From an archaeon (lineage in GTDB: Archaea; Nanobdellota; Nanobdellia; SCGC-AAA011-G17; GW2011-AR17), in contig JBDRRK010000012.1 in assembly GCA_043825775.1 (NCBI GenBank), positions 1,237 to 65,236 of the forward strand: a stretch of DNA of 64,000 nucleotides, written 5' to 3'. Position numbers and translations under genes: made by a program. Within the stretch, counting starts at the first letter, position 1, and each line of letters starts with the position of its first letter. Below, in pieces: positions 10,573 through 18,554 of this stretch. The notes under the pieces are model-generated. The model was not told where the DNA came from. It saw nothing but the letters and a program-made list of their open reading frames with translations, and ran no database searches.

Positions 10573-10581
10573 AAATTATAT

Positions 10582-11790
10582 TTATTCTTTAGATATTTTA
10601 AAATACATTAGTACTCCTGCTAAAACTAAAAATCCCCCTAGGTATAAAACCATTTTAGGGCCAAATAGACCTGCAAGAATACCAAAACCTAAATCTGTAA
10701 ATACTAAAGCTAGAGCACCTATCCAAGCACTAGCTGAAAGAATACTTGCCCTGTGTTTACTAGGGATTATTTTATTTTGAATTTCTTTAAATGCTGGTGA
10801 AGTTTTTCCTGCCATATCATAGAGAGCTGTATAAGCAATTAAGATTATAAACAAAAGAGGTAATAATTTGATTGAAGGAATTAAAAACAGAACAAGGGTA
10901 TAAATTAATCCATAAATGATTAGTGAACTTTTATTTCCTCCAAGAAATTTTGTTATTTTTTGGCTGTAGTTTAATTGTAATACTAAAAATATTCCTGCAA
11001 TTGAAAGAGCATAACCAATATAAGAAGGATTTAATCCCATTGAAATAACATAGGGCTGGTATGCATAGTATACTAGACCAACTCCGATTCCCATTAAAAA
11101 TATATTTGCTGTTAACCAAAGAAGAGTTTTATTTTCCTTTACATATTTTATTCCAAACTTTGCATTATTGATTGTTTGTCTAATATCTTGAGTGATATTT
11201 ACTTTTTTTCTTTTGAAATATTCTTCTTTACCAGTAAATAAAATTAGAATGCCAAGTGTAAGGATTATTATTCCATTTGTTAGTAATGCCTTGTCATATC
11301 CATACATTACTAGTAATCCTCCAAGAAAAGGACCTATTATGAATCCAATGTTTGTAATACTACCACTTCTACCAAAAAAATGGTGTAAATGTTTTTCTTT
11401 TTTCTTATGTTTAACTGTATCAACAAACCAAGATTCTAATGCTCCACTCTCTAGAGTATATCCTATTCCTGTTAAGATATGAAGACTTAATAAAACTATA
11501 AAATTTTTAGAAAATAAAATCATACCAAGGAAGGCAAAGCCTAATAGAATATATGCTAAAGCAACTGAAAATTTTCTACCAAATGTATCTGCGATAGCTC
11601 CAGTTGGTATTTCAAAAATGAACATAGTTAAGGAATTAGCAAGGAATAGTAATCCAATTAATGTGAATGATAGGCCTTGGTCTTGGAAGTATAATACCCA
11701 ATAGCCTGCCATAACACCAAAAGCTACCCAGAACAAAAAACCATATAGATAAAATTGTCCAACTATTGGAAGTTCATCTCTAAATTTCAT
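10582..11790 (-). CDS. MFS transporter
   Basis: ~12 TM, FEIPTGAIADTFGRK motif A. Confidence 0.9.
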   Translation of the reverse strand: MKFRDELPIVGQFYLYGFLFWVAFGVMAGYWVLYFQDQGLSFTLIGLLFLANSLTMFIFEIPTGAIADTFGRKFSVALAYILLGFAFLGMILFSKNFIVLLSLHILTGIGYTLESGALESWFVDTVKHKKKEKHLHHFFGRSGSITNIGFIIGPFLGGLLVMYGYDKALLTNGIIILTLGILILFTGKEEYFKRKKVNITQDIRQTINNAKFGIKYVKENKTLLWLTANIFLMGIGVGLVYYAYQPYVISMGLNPSYIGYALSIAGIFLVLQLNYSQKITKFLGGNKSSLIIYGLIYTLVLFLIPSIKLLPLLFIILIAYTALYDMAGKTSPAFKEIQNKIIPSKHRASILSASAWIGALALVFTDLGFGILAGLFGPKMVLYLGGFLVLAGVLMYFKISKE

Positions 11791-11825
11791 TTATTAATTT
11801 GGGATATAATACTTTAAAAACTTTT

Positions 11826-12479
11826 TTATAGAATATTCTCAGTTAAGAAAGGTATTAGTTTCTTTTCAGCTGTTCTAAGATGTTGTTGAGCTGTTGCTTT
11901 TGATATTTTAAGTTCTTTTGCTAGATCATTTAAGTTAACTTTTCTTGGAAATTCATAATATCCTTTTTTTACTGCAAGTTCTATTGTGTTTCTTTGTTTA
12001 TCACTTAGTTTTGGCATGAAATGAGGTAAAAAAATCTCATCAATTTTTGTTTGTGTTATTGATTTTAATTTTATTTCGAATTCTTTTGGAAGTCTTTCTA
12101 GTATTTGTGTTAATGGTTCTTTATCCCAGCAAGCCATTTCCCAGTGTTCTGTTCCATCTGTTTTTTGTATTACTGGTTTTGTTTGGATTATTCTTTTATC
12201 CCATAAAGGGATATAGGCAGCCATCCATCTTGGTTTCTTTTCTAAGGTTAGTATGAAATTACCTTTTATCTCAAATTTCATCACTTGTTTTTTTAGATCT
12301 TTTATGAAAAGCTTTTTGTTTTCTTCATCACCTTGTAGGATATGTGCTTCACTGTAGTAGAAGGCATTGTTTTCTTCCCAGGCATTTACCAAGTAGACAA
12401 AGTCTGTTATCTTGTATTTTTTACAGAGAGGTGCAATAATACAAGTCTTGTGTTTTCCTTCGAAGATTGCTTTCCACAT
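11826..12479 (-). CDS. HTH-10 (bacterio-opsin activator-type) transcription regulator
   Basis: C-terminal LSDKQ...AVKKGYYEFPRKVNLNDLAKELKISKATAQQHLRTAEKK. Confidence 0.85.
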   Translation of the reverse strand: MWKAIFEGKHKTCIIAPLCKKYKITDFVYLVNAWEENNAFYYSEAHILQGDEENKKLFIKDLKKQVMKFEIKGNFILTLEKKPRWMAAYIPLWDKRIIQTKPVIQKTDGTEHWEMACWDKEPLTQILERLPKEFEIKLKSITQTKIDEIFLPHFMPKLSDKQRNTIELAVKKGYYEFPRKVNLNDLAKELKISKATAQQHLRTAEKKLIPFLTENIL

Positions 12480-12483
12480 ATTA

Positions 12484-12499
12484 ACCTTATATATAAGGT
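12484..12499. promoter_or_regulatory. Perfect 16-bp palindrome, probable operator of the HTH-10 gene
   Basis: ACCTTATATATAAGGT, 5 nt upstream of the 12479 start; the ATATAAGGT half-site recurs at 12541 and 13652. Confidence 0.5.
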
Positions 12500-12535
12500 A
12501 TTATTTAAGTGTTTTTATTTTTTGGTTGTAAAATA

Positions 12536-12560
12536 CATACATATAAGGTAAAAATTAGTT
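12536..12560 (+). repeat. 25-bp direct repeat, copy 1 (copy 2 at 13647-13671)
   Basis: CATACATATAAGGTAAAAATTAGTT exact at both sites, flanking the Lrp/AsnC gene. Confidence 0.85.
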
Positions 12561-13520
12561 TATCTCTCTAGGTAAATAATCCAGAGTGTGTTCTTTTGTG
12601 TATTCCATAAAGTAGTAATCAAAGATAATGTCTGAGAATTTTATTTTTATATCTTCTATAACTTTGTAGAGCTCTTCGTTGTTATCTACTTGAACTTCAA
12701 TTTCATAGTCTGCACCACCAACTGCTTCAACTGTATGGATTATATTTGGGTGATCTTCTGCATACCTTAAAAGAGAAGTGAATTTTTCTGGAGAGTAGTT
12801 TTTTAGTTTGAAATGAACCTTGAAGTATAACATTCCTAGTTTGTTTATATCAAGAAAAGGAGTGAAGCCAATAATAACTTCGTCTTTAATCATCTTGTTT
12901 ACCCTATCTCTAATCAGTTTAGGATGTTGTTTTAGTTTTTTTGCAAGATCAATGTATTTTATTCTTCCATTGTTTAGTAAAATGTCTAGGATTTTTATAT
13001 CTAATTTGTCTAATTTTGGTTTTTGTTTTCTTTCTCCCATCATTAATGAAGAATTACCTCTTTTTTCTAGTAAATATCCCCTTTTATAGTGCCAAAGCTT
13101 TGTCATTGTAGAAACCCAGTAATCTTGTATGTATTCTCCATATTTTGTTTTAAGTTCAGTAAGAAATTTATCATATTCAAATATATTTGGGGAGAAGCTC
13201 ATGGTGGTTAGGTTCCATTTACCTTCAACTTTTGTAACCCAGTTTACTTTTTTTTGTAGGTATTGTATGATTTCCTTTTCTTTTTCTGGAGTTAGGTTTG
13301 TGAATTTGTAATATGTTCTAAACATTAAGTATCCAAGGTTTAATGTGTTAACTAGAGTCATGTAGTATCTAATGATTCCTTGTTTCTCTAGTTTTTCAAG
13401 TCTGTATCTGACTACTTCTCTAGATACCTTTGTTTTTTTTGCTAGACTTGATTCTGTTATTCTTGCATTTAGTTCAAGTTCATATAATATCCTTTTATCC
13501 TTTTTGTCTAATTTTATCAT
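12555..13520 (-). CDS. Tandem (double) Lrp/AsnC-family regulator
   Basis: Two LDKxDxxIL...NxR HTH-AsnC units, each followed by a RAM-like domain. Confidence 0.88.
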   Translation of the reverse strand: MIKLDKKDKRILYELELNARITESSLAKKTKVSREVVRYRLEKLEKQGIIRYYMTLVNTLNLGYLMFRTYYKFTNLTPEKEKEIIQYLQKKVNWVTKVEGKWNLTTMSFSPNIFEYDKFLTELKTKYGEYIQDYWVSTMTKLWHYKRGYLLEKRGNSSLMMGERKQKPKLDKLDIKILDILLNNGRIKYIDLAKKLKQHPKLIRDRVNKMIKDEVIIGFTPFLDINKLGMLYFKVHFKLKNYSPEKFTSLLRYAEDHPNIIHTVEAVGGADYEIEVQVDNNEELYKVIEDIKIKFSDIIFDYYFMEYTKEHTLDYLPREIN

Positions 13521-13646
13521 ATTTTATACAAATAACACTTTATTTATATACTTTTCGTTTCAATTGTGTAAAATTTGGTCATAAGTTTTAAATAGGTAGG
13601 AATACCACCAAGTAGTAACAAAAGAGGTGAATAATAACAAATATCC

Positions 13647-13671
13647 CATACATATAAGGTAAAAATTAGTT
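13647..13671 (+). repeat. 25-bp direct repeat, copy 2
   Basis: Identical to 12536-12560. Confidence 0.85.
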
Positions 13672-13721
13672 ATATTTAGTTAATTACTAAATTAGTATAA
13701 AATGGGTGTGAGGTGATCGAA

Positions 13722-13985
13722 ATGGCAGGAAATAAAACAAGAGATGGAATAAAACTTTCAAAGATTGTTAGCTCTTTGGGATCAATTCAAGGAATGGATG
13801 TTAGACCGGGAAGAAATCATCCTTATGTTGCTAGGATGGAAGGATATCAAGGAAGTTGTCCTATTGCAACTAGCACAGATGTAAAGAAGATGGTTGTACC
13901 ATGGTTGAAAAAAGCTACTGGAATTGATGATAATAAAGGAATGTATCAATCTTTGAAAAAAGGAGAATGGGCTTATGCAAGTTAG
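13722..13985 (+). CDS. HicA/YcfA-like small protein
   Basis: ATG 13722 after SD GAGGTGA; GRNHPY...CPIA...WLKKATG resembles the HicA G-x-H...P...K-x-x-G layout. Confidence 0.45.
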   Translation: MAGNKTRDGIKLSKIVSSLGSIQGMDVRPGRNHPYVARMEGYQGSCPIATSTDVKKMVVPWLKKATGIDDNKGMYQSLKKGEWAYAS

Positions 13986-15141
13986 AGGGATTGTAGATAA
14001 GATAGGAGAAAAAATGAGAAAAAGAAAACTTAATCAAGAACAAGAAAGAGATGTAGCACTTTCATATTTATGTGGAGTGAGTACTGATTTTATTAGTTCG
14101 AGGTATGATGTTTCAGTTTCAACTATAGGAAAATATGTAAAAGAAAGAGATGATCCATTGGCAAACCATTATAGACAGACAAATCCATGGAATAAGGATT
14201 TAAATGCTGCTCATTTGTGGCTTTATTTTGGATGTGAAGGTGTAGAACCTACTGGGCTTATTGATCAAGAAAGAGATAGAGTTGTTTTTGATATGGTTGA
14301 TGAAGCAGTCTTTATTCCTGGAATTGAGAGTATTGTAGAAAGAACTTCATTGGATGAATATGTTGCAAGGAAGAATCCTTATGATAATTTAATGACTGCA
14401 CTTAGAGGAAATTTAGATGCTAATCGGAGTGTTAGGAATGGGCTTATTGAAGTACTAGAATCTGTTTATGAACCCGGAAAAAAACTTTCATTAAGAGATG
14501 TTTTTGAAGAAGTTGGTGATAGAGTTATTGATAAAGTTATTGAAGGTGGTTTAACTTGGACAGATTTGAAAAAAGGACTTGTTCATGAAGCCTTAGATAC
14601 ATTAACAGAAAGAGAGAAAAAAATAATTGGTGATAGATTTGGTTTAGATGGTTATGATGTACCTAAAGATCAAAAAGAGATAGGAACTACTTATGGATTT
14701 TCTCATGAAAGAATAAGACAAGTTGAAGCAAGGGCCTTACGAAGATTAAGACATCCTTTAAGATATAATAAATTCAGAATTTTATCTGATTTGTCTACTG
14801 ATGAGGATGTTAGAGAATTTCAATATCAAAATGAAAGAAGAGAGATAAGAGATGAATTGTATTCAGAAATTAAGGCTGAAGTTGAAAGTGATTTCCTTGA
14901 TGATAAAAAATTCAAAGAGACTTATGGTATGTCTAGGAATGTAGCAAATAAACCTATTGAAGATTTGGAGCTATCTGTTAGGACTTTTAGTTGTTTACAG
15001 GGTAAAGGAATAAAATACATTAGTGATTTTGCAGATATTACAGAAGTAGACTTATTAAAAACTAAAAATTTTGGAAGGAAATCCTTGAATGAAATTAAAG
15101 AAGAACTAAGTAGATTAGGAGTGACCTTAAAGAATAGATAA
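13975..15141 (+). CDS. Fusion protein with a sigma70 region 4 HTH and an RNA polymerase alpha C-terminal domain
   Basis: LDTLTEREKKIIGDRFGL...ERIRQVEARALRRLRHP (sigma r4); PIEDLELSVRTFSCL...DLLKTKNFGRKSLNEIKEEL (alpha-CTD). Confidence 0.88.
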   Translation: MQVRGIVDKIGEKMRKRKLNQEQERDVALSYLCGVSTDFISSRYDVSVSTIGKYVKERDDPLANHYRQTNPWNKDLNAAHLWLYFGCEGVEPTGLIDQERDRVVFDMVDEAVFIPGIESIVERTSLDEYVARKNPYDNLMTALRGNLDANRSVRNGLIEVLESVYEPGKKLSLRDVFEEVGDRVIDKVIEGGLTWTDLKKGLVHEALDTLTEREKKIIGDRFGLDGYDVPKDQKEIGTTYGFSHERIRQVEARALRRLRHPLRYNKFRILSDLSTDEDVREFQYQNERREIRDELYSEIKAEVESDFLDDKKFKETYGMSRNVANKPIEDLELSVRTFSCLQGKGIKYISDFADITEVDLLKTKNFGRKSLNEIKEELSRLGVTLKNR

Positions 15142-15193
15142 TTTTTTTCTTTTTTTTAGTTAATTTTATTAATCTAATAAACTATGAAGAAAT

Positions 15194-16375
15194 ATGAAAA
15201 ACCCCTATAAAGCAAATATATGGAAGATGTATGTATTCAAGTTTTTGTCTAGTTTACATTTTTTTGGTGGGGTTTTAGTTCCTTTTTTCCTTGATTGGGG
15301 TGGAATCAGTTTTACTTGGGTTATGATATTGATGTCGTTCTATTTGATATCTATATTTTTCTTAGAAGTTCCTACAGGAGCTGTTGCGGATTATCTTGGA
15401 AGAAAGACTTCATTAATATTTGCAGCAATAGCTACTTTTATTGGTGTAATATTTTATTCAATCTATCCTAGCTTGATTTTATTTTTTATAGCTGAGTTTT
15501 TTTGGGCAATGGGTACTGCATTATTATCTGGAGCTGATAAGGCTTTGGTTTATGATAGTATGAAGAAGGCAAAAATTTTAAAGAAATCAAAAAAGATATT
15601 TGCAAGATTACAAACAGTTAGTTTAGTTTCTATAATGGTTGCTGCCCCAATTGGAAGTTTAATTGCAGCCACACTTGGTTTGAGATATGCTATGTTATTG
15701 TTTGCAGTTCCTGTATTTTTTGCAGCTTTAATTGGTTTGACATTAAAAGAGCCAAAAACTACAAAGAAAGTGGAGTCAAAGAGGTATATCAAGGTTTTAA
15801 CAAGTGGTATTACTTATTTTAAGAAACATAGAGTATTGCAGATGTTGACTTTTGATAAGGCTGTTATTTATGTCCTTGTTTTCTTTTTGATTTGGCTGTA
15901 TCAACCCTTACTTACTCAGCAGAATGTTCCTATTGTTTATTTTGGTTTTATACTTGCAGCAATTTTAGGGGCAGAGATATTGGTATTGAATTCCTTTGGG
16001 TTTTGGGAGAAACTTGTTGGAGGTAAGAAGAGGTATTTGATGATTACTGCTTTGTTGTCTGGTGTTTGTTTTATAATATTGGGATTTAATACAATTGTAT
16101 TTATTACTATAATACTTTTCTTGATTATTATGGGTTTTGGTCTTACTAGATCTGTTTTGTTTGATAATTATATGAATAGGTATATTAAATCAGAGAATAG
16201 GGCTACTGTCTTGTCAACTACTGAAATGATAAGTAATTTTGGTAGTGCTATTGCCTATCCTTTGGTTGGATTATCTGTTGAGTGGAGTTTGAATTATACT
16301 TTTGTTATTATTGGAGTGTTGATTATTATATTTGCATTAGTATCAAGGGTTAAAGAAGAACATTTGATAGATTAG
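15194..16375 (+). CDS. MFS transporter
   Basis: ~12 TM, LEVPTGAVADYLGRK; same subfamily as 10582-11790. Confidence 0.9.
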   Translation: MKNPYKANIWKMYVFKFLSSLHFFGGVLVPFFLDWGGISFTWVMILMSFYLISIFFLEVPTGAVADYLGRKTSLIFAAIATFIGVIFYSIYPSLILFFIAEFFWAMGTALLSGADKALVYDSMKKAKILKKSKKIFARLQTVSLVSIMVAAPIGSLIAATLGLRYAMLLFAVPVFFAALIGLTLKEPKTTKKVESKRYIKVLTSGITYFKKHRVLQMLTFDKAVIYVLVFFLIWLYQPLLTQQNVPIVYFGFILAAILGAEILVLNSFGFWEKLVGGKKRYLMITALLSGVCFIILGFNTIVFITIILFLIIMGFGLTRSVLFDNYMNRYIKSENRATVLSTTEMISNFGSAIAYPLVGLSVEWSLNYTFVIIGVLIIIFALVSRVKEEHLID

Positions 16376-16449
16376 ATACAATCCACCTTTAGGTGGAAGT
16401 GTTTAAATATTTACTTTGGAAACAAAAGAGTCAAGGTCTTACTTCCCTT

Positions 16450-16474
16450 TTATAACAAAACCTTTATATATATT
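16450..16474 (+). repeat. 25-bp direct repeat, copy 1 (copy 2 at 18499-18523)
   Basis: TTATAACAAAACCTTTATATATATT exact at both sites; looser similarity extends ~40 bp leftwards. Confidence 0.85.
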
Positions 16475-16477
16475 ATT

Positions 16478-17272
16478 TTAAGTTAACTTTTCTATTAATA
16501 TATTCCAAGATTCTTTTATATCTTCACAACCTAATACTTCTAAGCTTAAGAATCCAGAATAATTAATTTTTTTAAGGTGAGACAAAAGATTATCTAAATT
16601 TAAATCTCCCTTTTTATTAAAACCATAATGAGCACTTCCAAATTTTGATGCATTGTGTAGATGTATATTCTTTATTGACTCACAATTTTCTGATAAGAAA
16701 GAGAAAAATATGTCATCATTTTGAACACAGTGTCCTACATCAAGAGTGAAATTAATTTCTGGTATTTCTTGTTTTAATCTTTTTAGTTCTGTTAAAAAAA
16801 CAGGATAAGATATTTGAGTACTTTTTTTCATAGAAATGTTTTCTATTGTTACTGGAACTTTATCTTTTGAATAGTTTATTATTTCTTTAAAATTTTTTAT
16901 TAATCTTGTTCTTACTTCATCCTCATTAAAGAATAGAGGATAAGCACCAGCATGAACTGTAATAAGGCCTGCTTTTAGTTTATAAGCTAAATCAATTGTT
17001 TTTTTCAATATTAAAATAGTTGCTTGATTAATATCATTATGTAGTGAGATTAATGATAGGTTTATGAAAGGGGCATGTATTATTATATTATAATCATAAA
17101 GCTCTTTTTTTAACCAGTTTATTTCTTCATCGCTTAGATTAATTTTTTCAGTCCAAATTTCTACATGGTCCACATTTTGAAATGATTTTATTTCATCAAT
17201 ATCTTTTTTCCATGTAGTCATATCTTGAGTTTTAATATGTAAAAAAAGACCCTTACTGAATGTTGTTTTCAT
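16478..17272 (-). CDS. Xylose isomerase-like / AP endonuclease 2 TIM-barrel protein
   Basis: IHAP, TVHAG, TIENI, LDVGH, IHLHN, LSLEV metal ligands. Confidence 0.85.
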   Translation of the reverse strand: MKTTFSKGLFLHIKTQDMTTWKKDIDEIKSFQNVDHVEIWTEKINLSDEEINWLKKELYDYNIIIHAPFINLSLISLHNDINQATILILKKTIDLAYKLKAGLITVHAGAYPLFFNEDEVRTRLIKNFKEIINYSKDKVPVTIENISMKKSTQISYPVFLTELKRLKQEIPEINFTLDVGHCVQNDDIFFSFLSENCESIKNIHLHNASKFGSAHYGFNKKGDLNLDNLLSHLKKINYSGFLSLEVLGCEDIKESWNILIEKLT

Positions 17273-17273
17273 T

Positions 17274-18470
17274 TTAATTAAATTTTTTGAACAAAGAACT
17301 TGAAAAAATCTTATGCCTTATATGTGATTTTAACAAATGCTTAGTTGGATTTGCTCCTTTTTCTTTTTCTAATTGTGATAACATTATCTTTTTAAGTTTT
17401 ATGACTTCTTTAGTTATTTCCCCAGAAGGATCATAAAAAACATGAAAACTAGGGGAAATTAAATTTTGATAGAGACCAGGATAAAAATTTCCCTGGTTTA
17501 TAATATATCCAGGTAATCCCACTATTACTCCTCCATTTACTTCCCTTTGTGTAGGCACATCATATCTAAATACTTTTCCATCAAATCCCTGTTGAGGACA
17601 TATTGTATAAGGAAAATTTCTCGCTTTATAATCATTTAATACTAAAATACTATCTTCTTCTCTTTCTAATTTTTCTTCTAAACCCTTAACCATTTTAGAT
17701 AGAGTGTCTCTATCAAAAAAATGTAAGCTTATAGAAAAGTTAGTTCCTTGCACTTGATTTTTTTGACTAAAAATTTCAGCTTCATCTCTCAATTTAGCAA
17801 ATAGTCTTATTCTTTTTAAAAATATTTGCCTGTCTTGTTCAGAAAATATCCTGGTGCCATCTATTTCTTCTAAATCTGGAATTTCTGTAATAACCAGAGC
17901 ATCGATATCTGATGAACCTCCATTTTGAGAACTCCTCACATTATAAAAAGGACCATAACTCATAGACCCTCCAATTATTATGGTTTGAGCTTGATTTTCA
18001 AAAGTGGCTTTTAATTCTTCCATTATATAATATCTTTTGATTGTGGCTTCAACACTTTCTACAAATGAAGGTTGTTGTTTTCCATATATATGACGTTTTT
18101 GGGTAAATAAATATAAGGGTAAATTAGGTTTTATACTTTGCATAACATTTCTTAGTTCTTCTCCAAATTTAGTTATACTTAATCCGTTTATATGATAAAA
18201 ATTATATACCCCTTCTAAAAAAGAGGCTAATAAACTATGAGTGTTATTTCCATTGTCGGTTTGGGGTATTTGATTAATTAAACTAATAAACCTCATTTGC
18301 CAATTTTCTTCATTAATTCCTCGATTTAATTCTTCAGAAGATTTTTCTAATTTTGGATTTATTATTCCTTCTAAATCCTCTTGAGTTTCTCCCATTTGTG
18401 ATTTTTTAAATTTTAATGATTTATAAGGTTTGAGAGTATATAATCTATCTTTGAAAGTGTTTACTTTCAT
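17274..18470 (-). CDS. Large Pol-beta-superfamily nucleotidyltransferase-like protein
   Basis: IIIGGSMSYG...SSDIDALVI. Confidence 0.6.
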   Translation of the reverse strand: MKVNTFKDRLYTLKPYKSLKFKKSQMGETQEDLEGIINPKLEKSSEELNRGINEENWQMRFISLINQIPQTDNGNNTHSLLASFLEGVYNFYHINGLSITKFGEELRNVMQSIKPNLPLYLFTQKRHIYGKQQPSFVESVEATIKRYYIMEELKATFENQAQTIIIGGSMSYGPFYNVRSSQNGGSSDIDALVITEIPDLEEIDGTRIFSEQDRQIFLKRIRLFAKLRDEAEIFSQKNQVQGTNFSISLHFFDRDTLSKMVKGLEEKLEREEDSILVLNDYKARNFPYTICPQQGFDGKVFRYDVPTQREVNGGVIVGLPGYIINQGNFYPGLYQNLISPSFHVFYDPSGEITKEVIKLKKIMLSQLEKEKGANPTKHLLKSHIRHKIFSSSLFKKFN

Positions 18471-18498
18471 AAAAAGGACTCAATGCTTTACTCCCTAC

Positions 18499-18523
18499 TT
18501 ATAACAAAACCTTTATATATATT
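18499..18523 (+). promoter_or_regulatory. BRE/TATA promoter of ppsA, also repeat copy 2
   Basis: AAAACC-TTTATATA about 35 nt upstream of ATG 18555. Confidence 0.6.
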
Positions 18524-18554
18524 CTAACATAATATTTAATTAAAAGAGGTAAAG

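Noticed and set aside
13975..15141. Annotation as true rpoD or rpoA (bacterial genome)
   Set aside because: Lacks sigma regions 2-3 and the alpha NTD; rRNA and housekeeping genes are archaeal
16382..16397. TCCACCTTTAGGTGGA hairpin as an IS200/IS605 end
   Set aside because: No transposase or TnpB nearby; equally explained as a terminator between convergent genes
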